Shown here one piece after another: positions 41,016-54,650 of a DNA stretch of 64,000 nt (position 1 is the first letter of the stretch; every line of letters begins with the position of its first letter). A program made the position numbers and the translations under genes. The notes beneath the pieces are model-generated. The model ran no database searches. It was not told where the DNA came from and worked only from the letters and a program-made list of their open reading frames with translations. The DNA is from Octopus bimaculoides (taxonomy: Eukaryota): NCBI RefSeq assembly GCF_001194135.2, contig NC_068993.1, positions 64,179,365 through 64,243,364 on the forward strand. The letters are read 5' to 3'.

Positions 41016-43224
41016 TAATAGAACTAAGACGATAATAATCTCTATAAATGTGGGTTGGGTGACTACTCAGTCATACTTTGTATCATATACAGAAAGGGGT
41101 AGCTAAAGTAACAGAGTGATACAGACATTCGACATAAGAAGTAAAGGATGAATGCACGTAGGAGGTTTGGTAGTAGAGGGGCATAGCTTTCTGAAAAATT
41201 CACATTACTTAAAAAGGATTAAGAGCAGGTATGTATGGAGTAGATAGCGATTGTCCTGATAACATTTAGAAAAATATCAACACATATTTTTTGAAAATAT
41301 ACAAATGAGAATTTCGATTGATTTAATTTGACTTTATAATAATAAATATTTTTCCTTAGAAAATTAGAATACATTTCATCGCTTTGTATAATCATGAGGG
41401 AATTTGATAAGAGTTAAATTATAATTATTGCATGCATGTCATATTTCTTCGCATTGCCCTTGGCGGTAAACGTCACCCGTAATATAACAGGTAATGCTCT
41501 CGTCATCCGTTACTCGTTGCTCGTCATATGACGGGTAGCATTCAAGTCCTGCTCGTTATTAGAATAACACTGGTATTTTAATGAGTATAGCATCTCTGAG
41601 AAGGAGAGAATTTTATAGCGAATCAATGCTAAAATAGGTAGCTCTAAACGGAGTACATGCAACAATCAATCAGATACTGCGTGAAAAGACTTGATGCAGT
41701 AAGCATGGAGAGATAAAATTCGCTGCAAATCGAATCCCTTTCATGGTTTCATTTCCCAGTTGTGTCAATATTTCTCAATTTAATTAGGGCACTAATGCTC
41801 TTAAAGAACAACTCGAAACACATAGTCACAAATCCCCTGCCAAATAAATCGAAATGTTTGCTTCTATATAACAAAGCAATGATATCTATGCTGAATACTG
41901 TTGGTTTGTATTAAATTCTTATTTCCGCAACTTATCATTGTATTACACGTATATATGAGGTTACAAAGATATATTCTCAAGACGAGAAAACCAAATCAGA
42001 TGGATTCTTTCTAACTGATTAATTGTAATATTTTTTCCTTGAATCGCAGAATTCTTCTTGTTCCTTATCTCAAGGGAATCATTTCTGCAGTTCAATAGAA
42101 TAGTCTCTCATTTTAGCATCGTATATAGTTGTATTTCTCTTTCATTTATTTATCATAATCCTTGACCCGATGCTGAGTATATGAAAGAAACAAGACCTCA
42201 AGAAAATCCGCTGGATTACACAGTGTGTGTTGCTAGGGTGAAAGATCTAAAAGAAAATCAGGTTAAAAGAAATTATTCTAAAGCCATTGCCATAATGGTG
42301 TAAATATAATAGCAGAATCGAATACGCTGCTCTTTTCTCTTCAATTCACATTAAAAGTGAGTCCGTCATATGAAGAGAATTTTAACTCTCATTCATTATA
42401 CATGTTAAGAAGTAATGTATATCCTGCATGAAAGAGGTCAGATATTGATAACATTATAGAGATAATAATACCTTATGAAGAAATCCTATAAAAGGAAACT
42501 ATCCATCACATAATAAGTGTTTCCATGAAAAATTCAAAAATGTGGCTCCAAGAAAATCCTGTATAAACGGAAGTTTAAAACATTCGAATAAACTATATTG
42601 TTTGACAAAATAGTTAATATGAGTAGCTTGGTTGTTTTGTATTCAACACTTGCGTCGTTTTTCGTTGGTAATCATTGCATTGTGAGAAGTTTGTGGTAGT
42701 AAAGCTAAATTTCAGGTTTCGAGACCGTGCAGTGCTACAGTTTCTTGACGCCAAAATATCTTTTTTTACTTCCTCTTGCAATAACATTCGATTCCTGGTG
42801 CGCGCATGCATACACACGCGTACGCGCACACGTACATACACACATACAAACACTTGCACGTACGCGCAGAAATGCGTACGAATATAATGTATATATATAC
42901 ATATACATACACACACATATATATGCATAAATATCTATACAGACACACACACTCACATATATATATATATAAACACACACAGATATGTGTGTGTGTGTGT
43001 GTGTGTGTGAGTGAGTAAGTGTAAGTGTGTGTGAGTGAGTGTGTACGTAATTACTATTTGACTCGGGTATTAACTCTGGAGTTCTCCACGTTTAACTCTT
43101 TACGATAATCAGACGCGACAGTAATCTGGAGAGTGTTTTATTAAACACATCTCAAAAAATTCATGTAAATCCGTAGAAATTTCACAAATAGATCAGTTTA
43201 CAATTGTTTCATGAGATTTTCAAT

Positions 43225-43730
43225 CTCTTCAGCACATCAGAATTCCTTCCCACATTTTTTAACAGGAATTTTGACTCAATTCTGACGATTATGTGAATCT
43301 ACTGGAGATTTTAGTCAATCTCTGGCTGAAGAGGGTTGCTGCTGGAAGGACATACGTGTAGCAGTATGATTTCGTTTCTTACCGTTCCTTCGAAAAGAAT
43401 TGGAAGTGGTTGTTGGAGAACTTCTACGACTTCAAAGCCATTTTTTAGGCCTCCTTATTCCTCCGATTGTAATCTCATGGATCATTGTCTGGGGTGCGGC
43501 TGAGAAAGACAGAACCTGCGCTGCCTGCAGCACCAAGGCCGAGTTGATGACCAGAATCAACGGCGTGTTCGGCGACTTCCCAGGAACACATCATGGACAG
43601 TATACGCAAATCTTGGAGCTGCCTTAAGGCCTTAGTAGAAGCTGAAGGCGGCTACTTTGAATTCACTGTTATTTCTCAGTCACAAACCAGGTGATAGTTT
43701 TTGATTTTTTGAAATACTTTTATTTTCGGA
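43225..43730 (+). mobile_element. Tc1/mariner-superfamily transposase pseudogene, DD37D (maT-type), 3' part
   Basis: PSHIF*QEF*LNSDDYVNLLE..WLKRVAAGRTYV*QYD..WKWLLENFYDF..RPPYSSDCNLMD..VWGAAEK..CSTKAELMTRI..LKALVEAEGGYFE. The D-to-D spacing is 37 when a 2-nt deletion is allowed. Confidence 0.88.
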
Positions 43731-43851
43731 TGGAATATTTTGTTTTCTTTCCCTCTTACGCAAACTGTCAAATTTGGCTGAAACATTTCTCTCTCCCCCC
43801 TCTCTCTCTCTCTCCCCCTCTCTCTCTCTNNNNNNNNNNCTCTCTCTCCCC

Positions 43852-43908
<57 letters not shown>

Positions 43909-44149
43909 CCTCTCGCTTTATGATTATGTATATTTCTCCGAAACAAAAACAGCAACTACACTCCATATAAACACCACTAATACCACTACTACTGCTAATT
44001 TTAATTAGTCGCAAGAACGTTGGCTAGAATGAACGAAAGAGACAGAGAAATAGTGACAAAGATAGAGGGAGCAATTTATGCCATTCTTCCTTAATTTTAA
44101 ATATACACAGAGCTTTCTGTGTTTTTTTTTTCTTCTTATAAAAATCAAT

Positions 44150-44333
44150 CGCGAACTAAACGTTCAATTTCAATACAATTTTTAATAGTTGCTTGTTTCA
44201 TTGTTTTTGTAACGAAAACAATAATTAGGCCATGTTGATGGTGAAACTCAATGCCGAGTGACTGGTTGTTTAAACTATGCAACATGTATTGCCGCTCCCT
44301 GATAGTGTAGCTGCACTCTGTACGACCTTCATA
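44150..44333 (-). mobile_element. Mariner-like 5' end remnant
   Basis: Minus strand TA-TGAAGGTCGTACAGA (TIR-like), later MKQATIKNCIEIER resembling MEQRAxIKFCxxxG. Confidence 0.45.
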
Positions 44334-45101
44334 CAAGCCTCATTACTTCTCTATTATTTAATGTCTCGCTGACAACTGCTTTATACACTCCCAGATGCCT
44401 CATACTTTATGTATCCAACATCACCATAAACCTCTAATGGAGCATTAAACCTCAATAGATTCCCCGATTTACACACTTTTAAGTCAATTCCGAAACTTTC
44501 TCTCGCATGAGGAATATTGCTTCAGTTTATATGGTCGCTTCCTACTAATAGTTCATTACTTCAACAGTTTTATTATTCTTCACAATCAGATAATATATTG
44601 GACGATGATTTCTTCGTTGAGAGAGATACTATATGCATCAGAAGAATTTCCCATTTGTGTGTAACGGAGGAAGTGTGTAGAGAAACAACTATACCCCCGA
44701 GAGGTGATTAAAAGGCAATTCATAGAAGCGAATAACTTCATCTTTCACATACATAACACTTAAGAAAATAATTTACACATATTAAGATTTTAGGGTTTTC
44801 AAAGAGTTCTTTTATATATTCTAACAACAAATAAGTATAGAGAAAAAGTATTAGCTAACCTGCAAAATTACTCAATAGAATGGCTAATTTCATTCAGCTA
44901 TATTTGACATATTGTTTATAATGTGATGTCAACATGCAATTTTCAACTGTCATCTTTTCTTTTGCAATGTGTCACATGATAATTTCTTTGCACTTTCGCT
45001 TGGCAAGCTTTCAAATGGTTTCGGTCTAAATCTGTATTCTAAAATGTCTTAAGGAACAGAAAAAGCATCTGTCGCATAAACTGTTATTGCTCTTGCTATT
45101 T

Positions 45102-45370
<269 letters not shown>

Positions 45371-45618
45371 GAGGTGCCTTGTTTGACTGCATGGACAGTT
45401 TATTGACATCTACTAAACTACCCATACGAGCGAGTGTGCGCGGGTGCGTCCGAAGGACCGAATGTTGGACGTAACTCTATCTGCGTATTGACACACCTAA
45501 CGTTTTCCTTTATTGTATATTCTAATCTACTTCTTATTTTTCTGCATAATTACTCCCTGTTTGTATCTATAAGTTTGCAATGTGTGTGTGCGTGCGTGTG
45601 TGTGTGCGTGTGTGTGTT

Positions 45619-45681
<63 letters not shown>

Positions 45682-48509
45682 GTATCTAATCTAAATATCA
45701 TTTGGCATTTAGATCCTTATTTTAACTGATGGGGTAAATTTTTGTTGTCGTGTTCATGATTTTTCCCGAATTGATTTGACGTTACGTCACTTCGTTAGTT
45801 AATGAACCAATACTGAAAAGACCCAATGCCATGAATCGAATATGAGAGCCGAGTTTTGATACTAGTTATCATGAGTAGGTAATGAATAGTAATATCTATT
45901 AAATCACTACGTTGATATTAGGTTCTTTCTAACTTCATAATGAAACATTGCAACAATTTCATGTAATAACATGTATACAGTTGAAAAACTTTTCTCTTCC
46001 TAATCTAATCACACGATACTAAAAACATATACCTTGCCATCCTAAATTCTGATGAATCATAAATGCCATTTAATCATAAATATCTTTACATAGTAAATAC
46101 CATTAAGTTAAAAATATTACAACATAAAGAGCACGATGTCAGAATCTGTATTGCATCATACGCAATATTGCACCATCGATGACAATAGATTATGGATACC
46201 ATTCTATCATTGACACCATCATAAAATTATTTTCCTAAAATTGGTTACATGATAAATTCAGGTAATATAATAACGACTATGTAAATCTATTTTACATTGA
46301 AATAAACACGTTACAAATAACATTACATCAAGAGTGCTAATTTATCCTTATATTTCATATTTTAGGCATCATATTTCAGGTTGTTTTGTATGCTTTTAAC
46401 ATTACGCTCGATACAGCGCTGTCGATAATATTCAATGATTCCACATTCAGAGGCCCTGTTTCCCCTGTATTTAGGGATCAGTGTGTAACAAGTGTTTCAT
46501 TTGCGTCGCCAGAATATGAATAAAATTCCTTTTCAACCACCGCATACTGCAAGTTGTCGGAGCGGTGAATATTATACACATACGTTATAAAGAGACAGAG
46601 AAAGAGAGAGAAAAGCAGACAGACAGACACACAGACCGATAGTCAGACAAACATACAGAACAGACACAATGTCATTTAGTAACATAATGTATCAGGTATA
46701 TCAATGTGCTATGGTTGGCTTAACACGTAAAATTCCGACTTAAAACAGCGACCAAATCAAAAAATGTGTTGCTGTAGTAGACAAGCAGTGAATGAATTTC
46801 GGTGGTTCATCATTGAGCGGGTACATATATATTAGAGAAAACGAATGAACAGAAAAACAATGGGAAACAATTTAGAGTATGGAATTTATAATTCAAACAT
46901 AATTGTGGTGTTGTTATTGGAGTAGAAGGAATCATACACATATGGGAGCAAGAAGGTGTGAGGATAGACCCTTACAGCTGTTTCTAGAATAGCTGTGCAT
47001 GTGGTGGACTTCTCAGTGAACATATATTTTAATACATATATATACATATATATATATACATTTATATATGTATACATGCATATACATATATATANNNNNN
47101 NNNNNNNNNNNNNNNNNNNNNNNNNNNNNNNNNNNNNNNNNNNNNNNNNNNNNNNNNNNNNNNNNNNNNNNNNNNNNNNNNNNNNNNNNNNNNNNNNNNN
47201 NNNNNNNNNNNNNNNNNNNNNNNNNNNNNNNNNNNNNNNNNNNNNNNNNNNNNNNNNNNNNNNNNNNNNNNNNNNNNNNNNNNNNNNNNNNNNNNNNNNN
47301 NNNNNNNNNNNNNNNNNNNNNNNNNNNNNNNNNNNNNNNNNNNNNNNNNNNNNNNNNNNNNNNNNNNNNNNNNNNNNNNNNNNNNNNNNNNNNNNNNNNN
47401 NNNNNNNNNNNNNNNNNNNNNNNNNNNNNNNNNNNNNNNNNNNNNNNNTATATAAATATATATAAATATATATATATATATGTATATATATACATAACAC
47501 CACTGGATTATGATATTTATCTCTAAAATATGAAATACGTTCCCTCAAGCATTCACCACAAATTCATGTTCAATTGCAGACATATTGTTTTATTATAGTT
47601 TAGCTAAATAATTGAGTTTACATGACAGAAACGAAAATCATAGTTTGGAAAGACTATTCTACTGGAAGATGAAGACACCTGAATAGTTGTTATTTAAGAG
47701 ATCAGGTTATCGTAGAAAATTCAACATAGTCGATAAAGCTATTAGAAATAACATTTATATTCCCTGAAGATGACATTCTACTTTTCAAGTAAAAAGTACG
47801 AGACAGTGGATAAATACATTCTGAAGTAAACTACGACTGGAAACAAGGTACAGGATTTACCAGTTATATAACTATAGCAGGAATACAAATGCACATCTGT
47901 CCAGAGCGAAAGAGTTCTGACGATCCGATCCAAATACTTGCAACAGAATGGATTCTGCAAAGGCAATACATGGAGTCGGTAGTGTTGGTAAATTAGGTGA
48001 CGACTCAAGTCTACACTGAAAGCATTTTAATTACAGGTTTACTTGCTGAAATATGGCAGGTGGCTAAACAAGAATCACGACTATATAAACTGTCTGAATA
48101 GCTCGATTAATGAATGAAAGAAAGAAAGAAAGTATCGTTTGTTTAAATGCTGCAGGGAGATATAACATGTATTTTTGTCTCGTGTATACTTATTTCTGAA
48201 CCTATCTCGTTTCTAAGATGATTAATAACGAATCGAGAACTTATTTCACTTACGAATTTGGCACTTGCATATTTAATGAATTGGTCACGAATGTAATTAT
48301 TTCTAATGATCTCTACATGAAATATAACTACACAAGTTTGAAAGATGATGAGTATGAAATAATATTGGAAGACAGTAAATATTATTTGTTGGGCCAATAA
48401 TAGACTTGGTAGTAGTTTAAAATCGCAGTATATTAGTCCTCTAGTAACAAGTGAACTAGTGCCCGTTTGACTTGCGAAGAATTCAAAGGGGCATAGTCTT
48501 TATGGGATC

Positions 48510-48570
48510 GTATGTGTCTATGACTTAGTCATGTGTGTCTATGACTTAGTCCTGTGTGTCTATGACTCTG
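48510..48570. repeat. ~21-bp tandem repeat x3 (TGTGTCTATGACTTAGTC core)
   Basis: Seen directly. Confidence 0.9.
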
Positions 48571-50442
48571 TGCTATTTTCATGACACTTTCCTTGCGATT
48601 CTGCTTCTCGTCTTACTAAAAACGCCGACTAAAATTTCCTTACAGTTCTGTTAACCCGAAGAGATCACGTGAATAAATGTGCTGAGTCTGATAATGAATT
48701 GAAAACGACAGACCAACGTTTTATTTAATTTTAATTTCCATTCTGCTTTCCTTAGAACTAATGTATTTATCGCATGACGTCTTACAGCTTTCTGTAGTTA
48801 TGTAATCTCTACTCTTCTAACAAACAAAGTAATCTCAGAAGGCGGTCTTACCCTGTTGTCTTAAAAAGAGAAGTACTCATTGGAAATTTTAGTACAAGTC
48901 ACTGCAGAAACAAGGAAAGCAAAAAAAAAAAAAGACAACGGGTTGTTTTGACTAGACCAGCTATATTATGATTGATTTGGAGCTAAATAACTACAATAAT
49001 CTATATCTGAAGCATTTCAAGTATTCTATGATTGGTGAGGTTTCTTGCTATTTTGTAGGCCTGATAGTTATCAGCCAATTTACTCGCACAAGACACAGGA
49101 CTCTAATGCAAAATCCTTGGTAAATGCCTCTCTCCACTTTGAAGCACGAACACACAGAAACATCTGCTTTGCTATATCTGTAGCAGTTAAATCTCTCACA
49201 CCGTATTGCCTTAACATTATGGAAAGTCACATTAGATAAGATGATCCTCTATGGAGAGAAAACAGTCACGGCTAGAATATCGTCAATCATAATTCTGTTG
49301 TGTGAAGACTAAATCTTGAAATAAGCCTCCACTGCAACAATGCTTCTTACTACACACAAAACGGAACAAAGGGGATGAACGTCGTCGTTTCCTCGAGATA
49401 AGCTAGCCTGCTAGGATTACTTACCAGGTATTCCTGAAATCATTTCTTTTTGTCTTGAAAGAGTCTATATTTCAGAACGGTTTTCTTGATACATTAAGTC
49501 TGAACACAAGACATAATAGGCACCATCGGATTACATTTAATCAAAGGTTTACTCATGGTTAAATAAGTTGTGACAACAAATGTATTGAATTACAATGAAG
49601 AAAAACGAATGAAGGGTGAGTCGCCTAGAGACAACACAATATTAGACTGGATACTGGAGATTACTATTGTTGTTTGCTCTTACAAAGTTCCTGATGAGGG
49701 TTTTATTTAGTTATAGACTGCTGTCTATAACAAAATCAGGATGATAAGAAACGCAGTGATCTGTTAATCGGGCATAATTATCTTGTCACAGCATCCTAGG
49801 AAATCTTAATATTGCACGAGAAAGTGCACAGCGGTCTTAGAGACAAGATTATTGTCATGTCTTGACAAAGTCGATATGCTCGACACGTGGCTCTCAGACA
49901 TTAAATTCAAATCTTCATAACAGAAAATCAACCCACAGACAATCTAATGTGGAAAATAGACAGTTACAAGAGGTTGAATCCTTCACCTACATAGTCGTGA
50001 AAATAATTAACCCCGTTTCTAACACAAATACAAAATAATTAATGTGATCAGTTCAATGTGTCAGAGCAGAGGTGTGTTAGGTAATTAGAAAAAGCAGAAA
50101 ACTGGAGAAGCATTCAATTAAAATTGTTATTTAAATTCTAGAGGTGGAAGTAATAGGTTAATTTGATATCAGTTTGCAATATCAGCCGTTTAAAAAAAGA
50201 AAAGTCATGCTGCAATCGACATAATTTCAGTAGTACATTCAGTTGTCTGGCAGAGTTTATTCATTTCAAACAGGTTTAGTTTTCAAGGTAACAAACACGT
50301 GTAAATAGGCTCAATTGCACTTACACATTGAGATATAGTTATATATACACGCACACATTTTGACATGTACATTATGATAGCGTGTATCTGTGTTCATGTA
50401 TGTATATATGCGTGTATGTATGCGTCTGTCTGTTTGTGAATC

Positions 50443-50484
<42 letters not shown>

Positions 50485-50508
50485 TCTCTCCATATATANN
50501 NNNNNNNN

Positions 50509-50556
<48 letters not shown>

Positions 50557-50954
50557 TCTCTCCATATATATATATATATATGTATGCATCTATATAGTAC
50601 ATGTGGGTATGTATATGTATATACACACATATACACCTCCGCCCACATTATACATGACACACACACACACACATACACACACACACATACACACACAGAC
50701 ACACACACACATATATCGTTTATTTAATTTCATTTGCTCCGTATTCGAGTGATACGCTATTCTGAAGCATATCTATATTGAATTCTAACATCAGGTTATT
50801 ATTATCGCTATGTTTAAGCGAAACGTCAACATATGTTTATATGTGTGTGTGCATGTATGTGTGTGCATGTGTGTGTATGTGTGTGCAACCTAATATGAGT
50901 ACAATTAATCTATGAACTCTATATAAATCTGTATCTTCGTATAGCATATATATA

Positions 50955-51016
50955 TATCTGGATACATCTGGATATATCTGGATATATACATCTGGATATA
51001 TCTGGATACATCTGGA
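50955..51016. repeat. 10-bp tandem repeat (TCTGGATAYA) x6
   Basis: Seen directly, with one 14-bp variant. Confidence 0.92.
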
Positions 51017-51849
51017 AGGACTAAAATGAATGTATGAAACAGCATTACTCACAGAGCCTATTACAACTTATGATTCAATAATAAAAAAAAAGGAAAAATT
51101 AGCTCTTATCTGACACATCCTTCACCTGTTGATTATTGAGGTAAATTCCAATTGCCGAGTTAATGCTTGTGTTCAATGCGTTTATGCTAAGTGAAATTAC
51201 TACCATCAAGAACTGAGTAGGTTTGATCGACAGGTAAAGGTATTTATCAGCTACGTGATGGCAATCATCATTCCTTTATTAACGATATTTGCATCTCAAC
51301 GGCACGTTCATTTTTTTGTCACCATTTACTCCAAGCTAAATGAAATAGTTTTTCTAATATCCTATAGTAAACTAGTAATAATATTAAATTATTCTTACAG
51401 TTATACAGAGCTGTCGCCATTATTATTTATTACTTCCCCGTATAATGTTATCTCATAAACTGTGAAACGAAATCAGATATACATACTGACGTTATAAGTA
51501 ATATAACATTATCCATACAAAGATATTATACTTTGGAATCGTAAAGACCATTAAATCCTAAATACTATTACATCGTAAATGACACTTTATACAAATGGCA
51601 CAGAAACATGGTACATTATAATTTATCAATAACCCTCAGTTATGGGTACGGTTACATCACATCTCCCATTGCACCAAACACCCGTACACCATACATTCCA
51701 TTAATCCTACATGCATTTACGACATAAGTAAACCATTAAATGTTTCTATCTCTAAACAATCTTGATATCAATAAACACACATCTCACATACCATTAAAAT
51801 TACTGCTCAAATTCATCTTCGAAGAATTTATTTTATATACATATATATA

Positions 51850-51900
51850 AGGTGGTGCTCCAGCATGGCCGCAGTCAAACGACTGAAACAAATTAAAAAA
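51850..51900 (+). mobile_element. Extreme 3' fragment of SINE family A tail
   Basis: aaggtggtgctccagcatggccgcagtcaaacgactgaaaca, nearly identical to 63913-63955. Confidence 0.85.
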
Positions 51901-53644
51901 TAAAAGAATGCATTTAATTGTGTTTGGAATGAATTGCCGAAAACTTGTTTTTTGGATTTGCTTGCATCCCATTTCTGTCTGCAGTGTTCATACTTCCCCA
52001 TTCCACTCCCTCCTTTAACTGTTAAGAATTATTGTTCTTTATTTTCACAGCCAGAAAATGAATAAATGACAATTTAGAATTTGCAACCAGAAAAACATTG
52101 TCTTAAGTAACGTAGGAGAACGTGAAAGAAACCATATGTACGCTAGATCACTTCCTAGTTTCATCTCTGAAAAAAAACATATTCACTACTACAATGTGAA
52201 ATATGATGCTTGACACATTTAATATGAATTCCTCCACAACAGCAGCCCTCTTGAAATTTAACCAAACAGTTCACTCTGTATGAAATTAGAGTAAATCATA
52301 TTTGGGGAAAGAGAAGTTACTCTGAAATATATTTTAAATGACAGACAGTGGTTCAACGCTAGAGAAAGACAGGTGTGTGTTACAAGTTATTTGAATTATC
52401 TTGATTTGTTTAACTTATCTTCTAGCTCAAGTCTAAGCGTGTATTTAGTAGCCGCCATATTTGCTTTCAATCAAACCAAATCATTTCAGAAAAGATTCTC
52501 AGATATTTTCTATGCATTATCTATGTAAAAAGAACAATTACTTATAGAACGCTTTTCGATTATATATTTTCTCGCTCAGATCTGAACTCGAGCAAAAAAA
52601 AAAAAAAAGCACAACTATATGTAACTACTCGTTTAGCAGTGGAAAAAACTGGAAAAGTGGAAAGCTAGACAAGAAAAAAGTGATTTGTTTCTTTTATTGC
52701 TGTGGTATTGATGGAGAAATAAAGTCTTTTGTTGTCGGCTGGGACACATTGAACGAAGAAAAAAAATCTCGTTTACGTAAGTAATTCAGGTAATTATTTC
52801 AACAAGTTGGGAATTTAGAGATGAATTCGATAATAAATCGTTTATTTAGAGCATGTTTCCATTCCTTTATTTTATTTCGCTTAATTTATTCAATCATTAA
52901 ATTGATCAAGTCGTTAAATTAATTAGGTACAAATACAGTAATTTAATTTGACAAGTAATGCAATGTTAATCATTGATTGAGCTACATAGTATGTAATCTC
53001 ATGTTAGGCCCGATCGAGCATTTTTCTGCTCATGATTTTCCAGTCAAAACCATCGTGCTGTGTGTGTTTTTTTATTTTTTTTTTATTATTATTATTTTAA
53101 CAAACGTGACATATTCAGGACAGCTACCTAATGTAAACTTTTTATGACAAGGCTTCATTTGACGGAGATCCGGTTGCTATTTCTTGAAAATGAGCGATTA
53201 TATCGTATAGCCCTTGCTAGCTTTTGTACTTTGAAAGTTATTTGACATTCAATTACACATTCTGAATGAACTGCACAGAAACCACACGTATTTTCGTCCG
53301 AATCATTCAACTTCTTTCTTTTACTGCCGACAGTCGAAAGACTACGGCCTTTCTGATGCAGGACTTCCAGAATTATATGTGATTATATTGCTGCCATGCC
53401 AACAACGGATTTCCGTTGTACTGATTTTATTAGTCTCTACTTACCGCAAACATAAATTGCTTTTGGATGCAAATAAGATCAACAGGTGGGCAACGTAAAG
53501 ACATCTATAATTTCCAAATTAATAGTAAGAAGACGGTTGCGAGTTTGATTCTTCCAAATCAACTGTTACATATTACGAGATGTTTACACCAGTTGAGTAA
53601 ACGAAGTCCTAAACAATCGGACCTATCTCTTGCTAACCCTCTGC

Positions 53645-54650
53645 TTCATCAACTGACCAGCACACTTTATTAACTGACCAGTACATTTTCAGAAGTCGCC
53701 ACAATATTTCACTTAGTGCATAGTCGTCTTCGTTAAAGACCACTATATTTCCTCAGCCTGACCTATCTGGTTTATTCAGAGACCAGTATAAGTCATTAAA
53801 TAACCAATATATTTAATAATATTCGATAATCCACGGTGTTCATTGATTATAGAAATGACCTGCGACATAATCCACCAATGCACGCTGCAGTATTCAGTTG
53901 ACTTCGGCTCGCTAGGTGCATGCATCAGCAGCAGGAGTAAAAAAATCCTTATACTGATTATATTGTACTGAACTTTATTTCACTGGAGGGGTTCCAGAGA
54001 CTGATGAATACAGTTTGTCGTGTCACTAACGTATTTGAAGCAGAGATCAGCAACAGAAAGTTTAAAACTATGGCAGGCACGGAATTAGGCCAGGTTTACT
54101 CTACGATTCCTTGCAATCACGACGCAGTTGACAGGTCCGAACACCTGCACTCATTGTTGGGAAAACAGCGGACGTTGCAGGGGATCAGAGCAAAAGTTGG
54201 TGCAAGAAGATCGATTCTGAGATTACTCGAGACAATATGGAAAGACTATATTCTCATAAAAACCATCAAACCTACACCAGGACACTTTATTAAGTGACAA
54301 GTATATTTCCTTCATAGACCAATGTGTTGCATTGAATCACCATTATACCTTATAAATATCAATATATATCATTATATGACCAGTGTACATCATAAAATGA
54401 CGTGCACGTTCCGTTAAATGACCAGTATATTTCCTCGAATGACAGAAATATTTCATTAAATGACCAGTTTTTCATTTACTAATTAGGCAACAGTATAGTC
54501 TGTTAAATCACTATTACATCTGATCAGTATGTTTCATTAACTGACCAATATACTTTTACAATATGTATACTTTATTAAATTGCCCGGTATATTTCATAAA
54601 CCTAATCACTCGACTTAGTTAACTAACCACTATGTTTCCTCTACTGACAG
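53645..54650. repeat. Old ~21-22-bp minisatellite (consensus approx. CATTAAATGACCAGTATATTT) in two blocks, 53645-53830 and 54290-54650
   Basis: Recurring taactgaccagtac, ttaaagaccactatattt, gagaccagtata, ttaaatgaccagtatattt, ttaactgaccaatata and ttaactaaccactatgttt. Confidence 0.7.

Noticed and set aside
47820-47995. ~58-codon open frame (SEVNYDWKQGTGFTSY..)
   Set aside because: No start, no clear acceptor or donor, and no recognisable family.
54001-54050. Hammerhead-like CTGATGA..GAAG; also CTGACGA at 6076, 25550 (-) and 60750, and CTGATGA at 39555 and 59835
   Set aside because: None has a stem II closed directly onto GAAA plus a matching stem III and NUH.
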